The notes under the pieces: model-generated
Database searches by the model: none
Told to the model about the DNA's origin: nothing
The model's input: only the letters and a program-made list of their open reading frames with translations
Made by a program: the position numbers and the translations under genes
Virus record (IMG/VR): IMGVR_UViG_2756170314_000001
Coordinates: 1 to 64,000 of that record
Source: a virus
Lineage: Duplodnaviria > Caudoviricetes
Length of the DNA stretch: 64,000 nucleotides
Strand: one strand, 5' to 3'
In this document: positions 41,046-51,636 of the stretch, piece by piece
How positions within the stretch are numbered: the stretch's first letter is position 1
How the letters are laid out: the number at the start of each line of letters is the position of its first letter

Positions 41046-41124
41046 ACCAATTCACCTCTTAACCCTGTTTAAGTTATTTTATCTGACTAAATAAAAACGT
41101 AAAAAAGAGAAGAATTATCTTCTC

Positions 41125-42717
41125 TTAAAAAACGGGCACTTCTTCAGCCGAATCTTCAGTTGCTTCGATAGCATATTCAATATCCATTGGGTGAACATCT
41201 AGCAAATTAAAATCGTAGTCTGTAACGAATAATGGCTCTTCTCTCATAGTTCCTAAATTCATGTAAGTCCAGATAATTACGTTACTGTACTTTCCCCCAC
41301 GATTTTTATAAACCCAATGAGAGTAGTTTGGTTTTTTGTTAGTAAAACCGGTTTGCAAAATGTGCTTTAGATTATGATGATCTGAAGCTCCTGCCCTAAA
41401 TGTAAGTATGCCAAAGTCAACTTTATCTGCTGTGGCTTGTCCACCACGAAGGGCTGAAGGGTCTCTATTTTCAATATCCTTAGAACCTCTATTTAACTGA
41501 GTCGAAGAAGCAATAAAAATATCGTACTTCTCAGCAAGAATCTTTAATGATGATGAAAACTGATGAAGAATCTGGTCTTCCCGAAGATGATTCCCAAACG
41601 CACTTGCCATTGTTCTGGAGAGTTTCGGGGTCATTTGAATATAGTCGAAGGCACACTCTTGAATATTGTTTTCAATAATATGTCGTTCAATAATTGTTTC
41701 AATATCTGAAATTGAGAAGTCATTTACATATTCGCAGAAGATAGGAGCCCTCTTTAAAATTTCGATTGCTTTTTTGAGCCTTCTTAAAACTACTTCAGAA
41801 TACTTACCATCTTTAATTACGTCTTCATCGACTCCAGAAATGAAAGCAAGCATAATTGTTTGAACTTCTCTTTTTACAAGCTCCGTTGATATGAATAGGG
41901 TAGGGATTGATGGACCATTGCTTACATATTTGTTTTGGTCAATATCAAAAATTTCGTCACACGAAGCATTACACATATCAGCTAATGCTTGACGAGTTTT
42001 CCCCGTCCCCGTACCAGCTGAACGCAGCATAAGCTTTGTTTTCCGTTTTCCACGAAATATTGTGTTATAGAACTTGTTCGTGAATGGGTTTCCGTACTCA
42101 GGATCTTCGTCTAACTCATCCAGAAGAGTATCCAAGTCATCACCAGCCATAAAGCTTTTTGTCTCTTGGCCGATATTAAATTCATCTTTAATCTTAGTCA
42201 ACTTAATTGTGTAATGGTCGATTATTTCATTAACAGTCATGCTGTCTATTTTTTTCATTCCATCATTCCGAACCTTTAAGTCAGTAGACTTCCAATCATA
42301 AAGATCTGTCACATCAATTCCATTTAATACGTAGTGTCTTAATAAAGAAATCTTTTTCAGTCGATCATAGCTGCTTTTAAAGGTATTTTCATTTGCATGA
42401 GCTATTGATTTTCTTATATAAGATAAACCATCATTTTTTTCCCAGATCTTATAGTGCTGAGGAAAAGAAGCTAGGTAATTATCGAGGTCAATTTCATCAA
42501 TCTTAGTGACTTCATAATTTGAGTAAGCGATATTATATATTGAAGAAAACACAATTTGATGAAATTCATGAGCAAAGTCTTTTTCTGTAATGATAATCTC
42601 CGAATCTCTTAAAAGATGAGGGTTTTTACAAAGTGAGCCTATAACAGAATAGACTGCACGAGTAGGGTTTAAAGCTTTCATTACATTATCAGTAGTAGCT
42701 GAGTTAACTTCTGTCAT
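41125..42717 (-). CDS. DnaB-like replicative helicase
   Basis: AGTGTGKT, FISTEL, FDYIQ and STQLNR. Confidence 0.9.
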   Translation of the reverse strand: MTEVNSATTDNVMKALNPTRAVYSVIGSLCKNPHLLRDSEIIITEKDFAHEFHQIVFSSIYNIAYSNYEVTKIDEIDLDNYLASFPQHYKIWEKNDGLSYIRKSIAHANENTFKSSYDRLKKISLLRHYVLNGIDVTDLYDWKSTDLKVRNDGMKKIDSMTVNEIIDHYTIKLTKIKDEFNIGQETKSFMAGDDLDTLLDELDEDPEYGNPFTNKFYNTIFRGKRKTKLMLRSAGTGTGKTRQALADMCNASCDEIFDIDQNKYVSNGPSIPTLFISTELVKREVQTIMLAFISGVDEDVIKDGKYSEVVLRRLKKAIEILKRAPIFCEYVNDFSISDIETIIERHIIENNIQECAFDYIQMTPKLSRTMASAFGNHLREDQILHQFSSSLKILAEKYDIFIASSTQLNRGSKDIENRDPSALRGGQATADKVDFGILTFRAGASDHHNLKHILQTGFTNKKPNYSHWVYKNRGGKYSNVIIWTYMNLGTMREEPLFVTDYDFNLLDVHPMDIEYAIEATEDSAEEVPVF

Positions 42718-43208
42718 TTCAATAAATCCTCCATGTTTATTAATTTCTTGTCTCTATATCTGTTTTGAGACAGGGAGGGTGGCTTTATTTGAACCTTTTG
42801 GGTTTCTATTTTTTTAACCACCATATTCTCTCTTCTTCTTTTGAGATCCTTATAGTAGTCAATCATTTCATCATAATAGTGGGGGATAAGAGCCAAACCA
42901 TACTTTAATTCCAATTGTATTTTTTTGATTCTTACTATGTAATCAAGAGCGAAACCTATATTCTTGTAAGTGTATCCTCGTTCCTCTTTAAACTGTTTGA
43001 TCTGCCTAAGCATTAAACCTGTAGGAAAAGAGATACCAAAGACTTCTTTACACTTGTTATAAAGGTTTTCTCGATCTTCGACCTCTTTAACTTTTTTCTT
43101 ATAACATGCAGGGCAGTAGTTTTTGCTTTTGAATTTTTGCATAATAGATTGGGGATGTTTTTGTTCACATGTTCCGTAGCATTTAACTAATCTGCTGCTC
43201 ATTTTCAA
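42714..43208 (-). CDS. Zn-finger protein coupled to the helicase (possible loader)
   Basis: CYGTC...CPAC; overlaps the helicase start. Confidence 0.55.
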   Translation of the reverse strand: MKMSSRLVKCYGTCEQKHPQSIMQKFKSKNYCPACYKKKVKEVEDRENLYNKCKEVFGISFPTGLMLRQIKQFKEERGYTYKNIGFALDYIVRIKKIQLELKYGLALIPHYYDEMIDYYKDLKRRRENMVVKKIETQKVQIKPPSLSQNRYRDKKLINMEDLLK

Positions 43209-43292
43209 ATGCTCCTTTATTTTTTGTTATTATATCTGGATCACCTGAAACGTAAATTTTTGAAATTAAAAAAGACGACCAATATATGGCCG

Positions 43293-44345
43293 CTAAATTT
43301 GTTTATACCTGGTTTTAATCTTTTCACCGACACGTGATGATAATGTTTCAGCAAATGAATTGAGTTTGTCTATAATTTCATATAATTCTGTTTTGGAAAG
43401 TTTAATACGTTTATACTTATTTATTTCTATTGTTGAATTCTCATCACTCATTACTTCAATTGAATCTGCGTTTGGCAAGCTATAATTTAATGAATCCCTG
43501 TCTAAATTCCAATTATGATGTTGAATACAATTCCTAATGATTACATGCTTTATTATTTCGTGCCTTAACTCTTTATCTTGTTTACTCATTTCATAATCTA
43601 AAGGTTTTGTTAGTCTGGATAATTTATCTGTAAAACCAGTTCGTCTATAATCATCATAGACATCACTAATAATGTTAGCGATTGTTAGCCAATCATCTCC
43701 ATCCATTTTATTCAGATCTAATTTAACATTTTTCTTTGATAACTTCAGTTTGCTTTTATTACCGTTCTCTAATACTTCAATTAACAGTTGTAAGTAGCAG
43801 TTGTCCATAAAGTCATTCAAAAGTTGAATTAACATACATTGATTGTATCCGAGTATTTTTTCTTCAATTTCTTCTTTTATTTTTTGGTTTGAGATTTCAT
43901 CAATTGCTTTTAATTCTTTTTCAATATTATCTTTGTAAGAGAAGAGATCTTTCTTGAAAGAATCCACCTCGTGTTGAATTATGTTGCGTCCTTCGTTATT
44001 CACAGGCTCATTTTCGTCATCAGGTATAGATAAATTTTGTTTAGAGGCATTCTGCTTTAGTAATTCCCCAAATGGAAGGAATAATCTTGAAGCGAGAAAT
44101 GACGTGCCATTATTCTGTTGTTTCACATGATAAACCCAATGTCCATAACTGTTAGCTTTATGTAACACAAAAGGAGGTAGCCATATCTGCCCGATTTCCC
44201 CGTCACCCTCCCAACCTTCTTTTTTAAATAATTGCTTTAATTCATCTAAAAGTGCTTTATTACTGTCGGGTTCTAAAAGCTCGATATTGTCTAAGTAATC
44301 TATATGTTCATATTTAAAAACAAACCATTTTTTTGGTGATTCCAT
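43293..44345 (-). CDS. Accessory protein with C-terminal HEPN-like RNase motif
   Basis: IRNCIQHH (R-x4-H) in a helical C-terminal domain; ATG 44345 after GAGGGG. Confidence 0.55.
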   Translation of the reverse strand: MESPKKWFVFKYEHIDYLDNIELLEPDSNKALLDELKQLFKKEGWEGDGEIGQIWLPPFVLHKANSYGHWVYHVKQQNNGTSFLASRLFLPFGELLKQNASKQNLSIPDDENEPVNNEGRNIIQHEVDSFKKDLFSYKDNIEKELKAIDEISNQKIKEEIEEKILGYNQCMLIQLLNDFMDNCYLQLLIEVLENGNKSKLKLSKKNVKLDLNKMDGDDWLTIANIISDVYDDYRRTGFTDKLSRLTKPLDYEMSKQDKELRHEIIKHVIIRNCIQHHNWNLDRDSLNYSLPNADSIEVMSDENSTIEINKYKRIKLSKTELYEIIDKLNSFAETLSSRVGEKIKTRYKQI

Positions 44346-44590
44346 AAGTGTTTTCCCCTCTTTAATTTTCACTATCCTTAACATATAAAACCATTTTTTC
44401 TCGGTTCTGGTTCATTTAATTATAAAATAAGTATTTTATAATTAAAAACCCCGACATCGGAATAATGTCGAGATTTTTGTCATAACCATATAGCATACAT
44501 ACACTGCTATGATTCTCATAAGATGGGGTTGGTAGAATCATAGCAAGAGATTGCTATTTTCTTAGGTTAAATCGGTCGATTAAAGTTGAA

Positions 44591-44977
44591 TTATGACTGT
44601 TTCACTTCATAATTGTGATAAACCCAAACAGGGTTGGTTCCTAACAAAGCCAGTTTAAATTTGCTTAATATCTTTGTGGCTTCCTCGGTAAGACTAATTG
44701 TATCTCCGTCTTCATTACTTGAAGCGAACATAATATTCCCACAGATCACTACATCCCAATCGGTGATAGATGGATTTGGGGTGTTTTTTATAATAAGGGA
44801 TGGCATTGGGGGCTCTTCCTTTAAAAGAAATCCATCGTCGTACCACACGTCTAACTCCTCAATGCTTGTCAAAGCAAGAGTTCCTTGGATTTCTTTCTTT
44901 AGAAGATCATAAGTGCTGCCAACGCCCTCCTTAAAATTAATCAATTCTCCTGGCTTTAAAGTTGCGTAGTTGAGCAT
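44591..44977 (-). CDS. DUF3846-like hypothetical protein
   Basis: VWYDDGFLL...ICGNIMF...DGDTISLT pattern. Confidence 0.6.
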   Translation of the reverse strand: MLNYATLKPGELINFKEGVGSTYDLLKKEIQGTLALTSIEELDVWYDDGFLLKEEPPMPSLIIKNTPNPSITDWDVVICGNIMFASSNEDGDTISLTEEATKILSKFKLALLGTNPVWVYHNYEVKQS

Positions 44978-45075
44978 TTGTGTCTCTCTCCTTAAAGTTA
45001 TTTATCTCTTACATTTAAATTATACAATATCTGGAATATAACGTACATATGTTCGTATTTAAAAAGCCAAACTTT

Positions 45076-45582
45076 TTAGGTTTGGCTCGTTTCAATGCTT
45101 TTAGATAAATATTTGAGGAGATCATATAGTTCATTTGGAGTTAGATCAATTCCTCGTACCTCACCGGTGATCCCAAGATCATTAGTAATTCCAAGGTGAT
45201 CTAGAACATTAAACACTAACTCCGAGCAAATTAAATTGTTGGGATTGTTGAATAAAATCTTTCCTTTGAGGTGGAATAGGTTTTTAATGATATAACCAAA
45301 AATTTGTGCATAGTCATATTTCTTGCCTATATACGCTTTGCTAATCTCAACAACTTTTTCCTGTTGTTCTGAACTCAATCCTAAATCAAGAATCTCATAA
45401 TATGAGTATTCTTTGAGATTGAACTTTTTAACTCTTGAAACAATGTTTATATCGGCTTCTAGAATTTCTGTATCAGATATAGCAATGGCCACATGACTAA
45501 ACTTTCCTCGATGATCAAATAACCTAATCAGTTTAGAAATGATACCTTTTCTTCTTACAAAAATAATACTTCCTCTAGTCAT
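45076..45582 (-). CDS. Permuted papain-like amidase (YaeF/YiiX-type NlpC/P60)
   Basis: FSHVAI, IGKKYDY and ICSELV motifs. Confidence 0.8.
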   Translation of the reverse strand: MTRGSIIFVRRKGIISKLIRLFDHRGKFSHVAIAISDTEILEADINIVSRVKKFNLKEYSYYEILDLGLSSEQQEKVVEISKAYIGKKYDYAQIFGYIIKNLFHLKGKILFNNPNNLICSELVFNVLDHLGITNDLGITGEVRGIDLTPNELYDLLKYLSKSIETSQT

Positions 45583-45828
45583 TTTTTAAACACAATTCTT
45601 AAGAAGTATAGTGCAATAAAGATAAAGTAAAGACCCCAGAAATCAATGTTGTAATGGAAAATTCGTGATATGCTAAACTTAATCAATATGCTAGGAATGG
45701 CTAAATAAAAAAATAAAAGATAAATAATAAACATAAATATCTCTCCCTTCTGAAATCTTTGTTATTTTATCTGGGTAAACAAAAACGTAAATCATAATTC
45801 AATAAAAAATTAAATAAAAAAGGAGCCG

Positions 45829-46254
45829 TTAACGACTCCAATATTTAATGCTGCCTATTAATTTATTCAATTCTAACTTAGTTAGTTTCTCAGCATTGAA
45901 TCTCTGTTCAAATTTAAAAGCAGCTATGACATCAGCGCCACAATCCAAACAAATTTTCTTTATTCCCTCAACTGCCCCACAGAATTTAGGATAAACTGAA
46001 TTACCACTCCCAAATATAAAAATTTCTCTTCCATGCAGCTGTAAATGGTTTTCAATAAGATATTCTTTGAGTCTCTTAGGTATTTTTCCGTTACCCCAAG
46101 TATATGCCCCAATAGCCAAACTATTACAACTAGGGAAAGGATTGTTAAAGTCTTCAATAACCTGCAGATCCCTTTTAGCATACTCTTGGATAAACGGAAT
46201 AAAGGTTCTAGTGTTACCCGTATTTGAAGCAAGAATAATTGGGAGCGAACCCAT
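45829..46254 (-). CDS. Flavodoxin/NrdI-like protein
   Basis: ASNTGNT, YTWGNGKIP, FGSGN..YPKFCGA; follows the RNR beta subunit. Confidence 0.8.
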   Translation of the reverse strand: MGSLPIILASNTGNTRTFIPFIQEYAKRDLQVIEDFNNPFPSCNSLAIGAYTWGNGKIPKRLKEYLIENHLQLHGREIFIFGSGNSVYPKFCGAVEGIKKICLDCGADVIAAFKFEQRFNAEKLTKLELNKLIGSIKYWSR

Positions 46255-46255
46255 C

Positions 46256-47299
46256 TCATAGGTCATCCCAATCATTCTTTTGTTCATTCGCTTTGCCATA
46301 GTTTACTTCTTTATCCTCAAAGAAATCTCGTTTTGTATTATTCAAATTATCAGGATCAAAAGCTGTTATCCAAGGCATAGGATTTTTCTTTGCTGAGAAT
46401 ATTTGGTCGAGTCCCAGGTTGTCTAAAATTAAATTCGCCCGGTACCCGATGTACTCTTTTACTTCTTCAATATCAATATCAGGAGTGTTTTTATAAAGAT
46501 CCTCACAGAACTCTCTTTCAAGTTGTACAAGCTCAGTGAAGAAATCATATACAAACTCAGAAAACTCTTCAGTATTAAGTTCAGGATATTGAGTTAGAAT
46601 GTCACGTACCAGGATTGTTTGGAAGTAAGAGTGCTTCATTTCATCACGTTGAATATACTGAATAACAGTTCCGGTCCCAAACATTTTTCCGTTTCTATTA
46701 AAATGATAGAACGGTGTAAATCCATTTACGAAACATAAACCTTCTAGGCCACTCATTGCAACCAATCCTTTTGCAAAAGTCTCCGGAGTAGGATTTTGGA
46801 TGAACTCATCAAACAGATCCATCATTAGCTTGTTTCTTCTAATCATGAATTCGTTCTTTTTTGGTCGTTCAAATACATCTAAAGAGACAGCTTTAGAGCT
46901 AACCGAACTTAGAATATATGTGTAAGATTCGTTATGAATTGTTTCCATTGCAGCTACAAAAGCCATAAGGGCTTTAATTGCAGAATCTCTAATATAATAT
47001 GCAGCAACATTATCAAAATATGTAGCAATAGAATCGAGTACAGCCAAAATTCCGATAGCATTTAAAAACAACTCTTGTTCCATTTCGTTCATTTCAGTAG
47101 CCCACTGTACTTTATCCTTACTCATGGATACTTCATCCGGAATCCAGAATACTTCTCTCATTTCTTTAATAAGTTCGTAGTAGACTTGATTAATAATGTC
47201 ATCCCAGAAGAGAATACCACTTACATCATCGAACATTCTCTCGCCTTTGTTAGGTAAATTCTCGTTAAAAACTCTCACTTGTTTCGTCAATTGTTCCAT
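46256..47299 (-). CDS. nrdF: Class I ribonucleotide reductase beta subunit
   Basis: FWIPDEV, LD, ETIHNESY, LEG, RDEMKH and DFFE. Confidence 0.92.
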   Translation of the reverse strand: MEQLTKQVRVFNENLPNKGERMFDDVSGILFWDDIINQVYYELIKEMREVFWIPDEVSMSKDKVQWATEMNEMEQELFLNAIGILAVLDSIATYFDNVAAYYIRDSAIKALMAFVAAMETIHNESYTYILSSVSSKAVSLDVFERPKKNEFMIRRNKLMMDLFDEFIQNPTPETFAKGLVAMSGLEGLCFVNGFTPFYHFNRNGKMFGTGTVIQYIQRDEMKHSYFQTILVRDILTQYPELNTEEFSEFVYDFFTELVQLEREFCEDLYKNTPDIDIEEVKEYIGYRANLILDNLGLDQIFSAKKNPMPWITAFDPDNLNNTKRDFFEDKEVNYGKANEQKNDWDDL

Positions 47300-47402
47300 A
47301 TAAGCGTTCCTCCGTATTCATAAAAATCTCTTAATATTTATATCTGGAGTATTAAAAACGTAAATCAAAAAAGGGAGCTTTCGCCCCCACTTCTTTAATA
47401 TA

Positions 47403-49772
47403 TTAAGCTGAACATGCCAGGCATGAACTTTCATGTTTTTGATCCCAAGATCGAGTGTAGTAAGAAGTTTTCACACCGGCTTTCCAGTTTTCCATATGAA
47501 GCTTATAGAAATTCTTAGCCTTAATGTCCTGAGGAATATAGAAGTTATGAGAAATAGCTTGGTCTACAAACTTTTGACGAGCAGCGTTGTGTTTAATAGC
47601 CCAAAGGTGAGCTAATTGTTTTTCATTTTCGTATTCCATTTTCATAGTTGGTTTGTAGAAGAACCATGTTTTTTGATTTAATTCCGGAACCAAAATAGGA
47701 AGGTGGAAGTCTTTTTTTCGTTCAAAGTAGATAACATCAAAGATTGGGTCGATTCCTGGAGTTGATCCAGCAATAACTGATGTTCCACCAGTCGGGGCAA
47801 TAGCTCTTAGGTATCCATTTCTCATGTACTTAGAAGCCAATTCTTTAACTTCCAACCACTCGGGAGAGTTTAAATCACGTTCTTCAAACCATTCTCCAGT
47901 TTGCCATTTCGAACCTTCAAAAACAGGATAGCTACCTTTTTCTTTTCCTAATAAAGCTGAAGCTTTAATGCAATTCAACATGATTTTTTCTTCAAGTTTG
48001 GAGATATATTCAATAGCCTGTTCTGAATCCCACATGATTCCTTCTTGAGCTAATAAAGCAGCAATACCTTGTTCTCCTGCCCCAACAGCACGATACTTCA
48101 TATTTGTGTATTGAGCTTGAGGAACAGGGACCTTTAAGAGAGAAATAACGTTATCAAGGGCTCTCATTTGAATTTTGATAACTCTCTCTGTTACTCCATC
48201 TTTTTCTGTTCTATTAACAACCAAGGAACTGAGGTTGCATGTTACTAGATCACCAATTTGTTTATGAATGATTACTTCTCCTGTTTCCCAATTAATCGTC
48301 TCTTGAGTTACAAACGAAGGTGACATATTTTGAGCGATTTCAGAACACAAGTTAGAAGAATAGATCATTCCTGAATGAGAGTTTGGATTATTACGGTTAA
48401 CCGTGTCACGATAAAACATATATGGAATTCCAGTTTCTAATTGAGCCTTCATGTATCTCTTTTTCAATTCAATTGCTGGTACACGTCTCTTATCTAAATT
48501 GTTATTATCAACGCATAAGTAATAGTGGTAAGTCCAAGCATGATCAATTGGATTTGGTGTTTCTTTTTCACCAAGTTTTTTCTTATCGTAGAAGTCTTCA
48601 AGACTGAATCCCATCTTTTGTTTGATCTCATGAGGATCAAAAAGATAGAAGTCACCACGTTTTTCAACTTGTCTCATAAATTCATCCGGAATACAGAGAC
48701 CAGTGAAAACGTTGTAAGCTCGTTTTGATTTATCACCAGTATTGAGACGAAGATCTATGAAGTCTTCAATATCTTTGTGCCATATATCTAGATACACAGC
48801 AACGGCTCCAGGTCTTTGTCCTAACTGATCAACGGAAACGGCCGTGTTATCAAGTTGTTTAATCCATCCTAGTATTCCACTGGCAGCGCCTTTATGTCCT
48901 CGAATATCTGATCCAGTTGCTCGTAATTTTCCAAAATAAATACCAATACCGGCACCATTTTTAGAGAACGTAGAAACATCAGTGTTATCATCAAAAATTC
49001 CACGAAGTGAGTCTTCAGTTGTTAGAACAAAACAACTTGATAAACCACCGGTAACACGGCCAGCATTCATTAAAGTTGGAGTAGCAAGTGTAAGGTAAAG
49101 GTTAGAAAGCGCCCAGTATAGTTCAATTGCTTTCTCCACTCGGTCTTTTTCCTCTGGCATCATCAGGTGAAGGGCAGCAATCATAAATCTTTCTTGTGGC
49201 AATTCATAAACTGATTTGTCAAAGTCTTTAACACAATAGCGACCAGATAGTGAATGAAGCCCTGCAAAATCAAATAATTCATCACGTTCGGGAACAATTG
49301 AATTTCCGGCCTTAACTAATTCTTCTCGCGTGTAATTAGCAAGAATATCGGGAGTATACAAGCCTTTTTCGGTGAGAGTCACGATAAGACCATAGAAATC
49401 ACCATACTTCTCTTTTGAATCATAAGATCTATTTTTAGAAGCTCTTTTATATAACTCTTGGAGCTTTACATAACGGGCAAATCTATTCCAGTTAGTGTTT
49501 ACAAGGTAATCAGGCGACACGTATCCAGAATCATTCTTAATGTCATTTGTAAGAACCAAAGCATTTTGAATGAGAATTTTCGTAATATCTTTTGATTCGA
49601 TTTCTTCTCTTCTCTCGATTGTCCGGACCACTTTAGAAATGTAACTCTCTTTTGTGGTTGGATTAACCTCAATATTTTCGAATCCACGTTTAATAAATGA
49701 AATCAATCTTTCTCTATCAAATTCCATTCGTCGTTCACGTTTTTTATTCTTGTCTTTAATTACAACTGTCAT
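47403..49772 (-). CDS. nrdE: Class I ribonucleotide reductase alpha subunit
   Basis: ATPTLMNAG, SSCF, SNLCSE, IAPTG, KTSYY, C-terminal CLAC; ATP-cone-like N-terminus. Confidence 0.93.
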   Translation of the reverse strand: MTVVIKDKNKKRERRMEFDRERLISFIKRGFENIEVNPTTKESYISKVVRTIERREEIESKDITKILIQNALVLTNDIKNDSGYVSPDYLVNTNWNRFARYVKLQELYKRASKNRSYDSKEKYGDFYGLIVTLTEKGLYTPDILANYTREELVKAGNSIVPERDELFDFAGLHSLSGRYCVKDFDKSVYELPQERFMIAALHLMMPEEKDRVEKAIELYWALSNLYLTLATPTLMNAGRVTGGLSSCFVLTTEDSLRGIFDDNTDVSTFSKNGAGIGIYFGKLRATGSDIRGHKGAASGILGWIKQLDNTAVSVDQLGQRPGAVAVYLDIWHKDIEDFIDLRLNTGDKSKRAYNVFTGLCIPDEFMRQVEKRGDFYLFDPHEIKQKMGFSLEDFYDKKKLGEKETPNPIDHAWTYHYYLCVDNNNLDKRRVPAIELKKRYMKAQLETGIPYMFYRDTVNRNNPNSHSGMIYSSNLCSEIAQNMSPSFVTQETINWETGEVIIHKQIGDLVTCNLSSLVVNRTEKDGVTERVIKIQMRALDNVISLLKVPVPQAQYTNMKYRAVGAGEQGIAALLAQEGIMWDSEQAIEYISKLEEKIMLNCIKASALLGKEKGSYPVFEGSKWQTGEWFEERDLNSPEWLEVKELASKYMRNGYLRAIAPTGGTSVIAGSTPGIDPIFDVIYFERKKDFHLPILVPELNQKTWFFYKPTMKMEYENEKQLAHLWAIKHNAARQKFVDQAISHNFYIPQDIKAKNFYKLHMENWKAGVKTSYYTRSWDQKHESSCLACSA

Positions 49773-49842
49773 AACCTATTTCCTTTCTTGCAGTAGTTGA
49801 GTTAAAGCAAGAGAGGACGACATAATCATCCCCTCGCAATTA

Positions 49843-50877
49843 TTAAAGAATTTCTTTCATTTTTTGAATTGCAACGAATAACGGCTGAACTTGTTCTTTG
49901 GAAGCATCGGTTAACTTATTGCCGGCTCCAAATACTTCATCTACAATTCTATTAACTTCATCCATACGATTTGCTTTATGGAACTGAACACCAAGCTCAC
50001 GAGCTTCTTGCATCAGAGCATCATAATCCAGCTGTTCTTCTTGTAATCCAACTGATTCTTTTTCTTCTTTCAATTGAGAAGGATCAATTAGATTAATTGC
50101 ATCAGTAACGGCTTTTTTATATGCTTCAGCATCCAAAGGAATTACTGGAGCAATACCTTCAAATGTTGAACCGGCTTGCCATTGAAGTGTTTCTCGAAGA
50201 TGGATTACACGATGTTCATTCATGTGTTCATCAGTTGTAACTGTCATGAACAAGATGTTATCAACCATTTTATTGATTGGAGCCATGACTTTATCTTTTA
50301 GATCCGGAACATACTTTTCAAATTGATAGTATTGTTCTTTGGTCTTTTTATCAGTTACAAGAGTCATAGTGTCGTTTACCTGTTCTTGAAGGACCCCTGA
50401 AACAGGAATCTTAGTTGTGACTTGAGTTGCGTGAGCAATAAACACAGGAGTGTAACCGAGTCGTTCAATTTGCTGAAGATTTTTCTTCCAATCATTTTTA
50501 AGATCAACCCAGTCTTTTCCCCATTCAACCTGGCCGAACTCTGTTTTGTCATACTTTGAAAGGATATATGTTTCAAGCATTGCGTAAAGGTTTTCTACCG
50601 TATCAATGCAAACAACATCGTATCGTTCTTTAATTTTTTTGTTCTGCAACTGAGCTAAAACCTGAAGATATTCAATCCAGTTTGAAACGTATTGAACATT
50701 GGCACCAACAAGCACTTTATGCCGTTTTTCTGTGGCGATAAACAAAACTCGATCTCCATAGAGCTTATGAACAAAAGATGTTTTACCGATTTTAGGAACA
50801 CCATAAATAAATGAAGTGTAGGATGCTAAATCCGTACTTGCCTTAATCGGCTCTAAATTTAATAAGTTAATTGCCAT
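49843..50877 (-). CDS. AAA_24/Sak4-like ATPase (ssDNA annealing)
   Basis: YGVPKIGKTS, CIDTV, FIAH; near the SSB gene. Confidence 0.8.
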   Translation of the reverse strand: MAINLLNLEPIKASTDLASYTSFIYGVPKIGKTSFVHKLYGDRVLFIATEKRHKVLVGANVQYVSNWIEYLQVLAQLQNKKIKERYDVVCIDTVENLYAMLETYILSKYDKTEFGQVEWGKDWVDLKNDWKKNLQQIERLGYTPVFIAHATQVTTKIPVSGVLQEQVNDTMTLVTDKKTKEQYYQFEKYVPDLKDKVMAPINKMVDNILFMTVTTDEHMNEHRVIHLRETLQWQAGSTFEGIAPVIPLDAEAYKKAVTDAINLIDPSQLKEEKESVGLQEEQLDYDALMQEARELGVQFHKANRMDEVNRIVDEVFGAGNKLTDASKEQVQPLFVAIQKMKEIL

Positions 50878-50945
50878 AGTTGAGTTCCTCCGATTTGTTT
50901 AATGTGATTACTTTTTATTTATATCTGGTTCTTGGAAAACGTAAA

Positions 50946-51185
50946 TTAATTAATAAATTTTGCCGGCGTTTTTTTAAATTCTTCCTGTATTTTTTTCTTT
51001 ATCAACTCATATGGATAAAGCTCGTTTATTGAAACGTACCAGGTATTTTTCCCATCACTTGCTTGGAAAAAATCAGAGTGACCAGCATCATGTAAGATGG
51101 TAACAATCTCACCTATCTCAAATTCATGGCCACAAAATTGTCTGATTATAATTGCTTTATCACCAACTTTATATGGATTTTTCAT
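50946..51185 (-). CDS. Hypothetical SH3-like protein
   Basis: YKVGDKA...HEFEIGEIVTI; GGAGG RBS. Confidence 0.55.
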   Translation of the reverse strand: MKNPYKVGDKAIIIRQFCGHEFEIGEIVTILHDAGHSDFFQASDGKNTWYVSINELYPYELIKKKIQEEFKKTPAKFIN

Positions 51186-51273
51186 CTATAAACCTCCGTC
51201 TTCTTTCAAGTCCTTTTGTATTCTATTTGGATAGTGAAAAACGTAAATTAAAGCACAAAAAAGAAACAAGGAA

Positions 51274-51636
51274 TTATCCTTGTCTCTTGTCGTTTTCTTC
51301 ATTAAACTTTTGCTTTAACCATTCAGCTGTAATTAATGCCTGGGGAACAACATATGAAGAGTTTTTTCTATATTTCAGAACCATGATCAACATAATTAAA
51401 GCAAGAGCTTCATTTAAGGCTTCAGTAATCATAGTCCCCCATGTACCGAACTTGATAAAGATCATAATGGCATTAACGAGCATAAAGATCAAAGCGACAT
51501 TTAGAGAAAGCCAGAATAATACGCTCATACCATTTACGTCTTTTATTACATACGTTTTTCTTATTTGAGGTAGGTAACAAATTGTCAGGAACACCGTTCC
51601 TAGTACTGGCAGCCAATTCAATAGAAAGTTTATCAT
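51274..51636 (-). CDS. PQ-loop/SemiSWEET-like small transporter
   Basis: YLPQIRKTY..KDVNGMS..FW; three TM helices. Confidence 0.8.
   Translation of the reverse strand: MINFLLNWLPVLGTVFLTICYLPQIRKTYVIKDVNGMSVLFWLSLNVALIFMLVNAIMIFIKFGTWGTMITEALNEALALIMLIMVLKYRKNSSYVVPQALITAEWLKQKFNEENDKRQG

Noticed and set aside
27293-49772. Introns or inteins in dnaE, nrdE or nrdF, as found in SPbeta nrd genes
   Set aside because: The ORFs are continuous and of ordinary length; no intein splice-junction or homing-endonuclease insert was seen.
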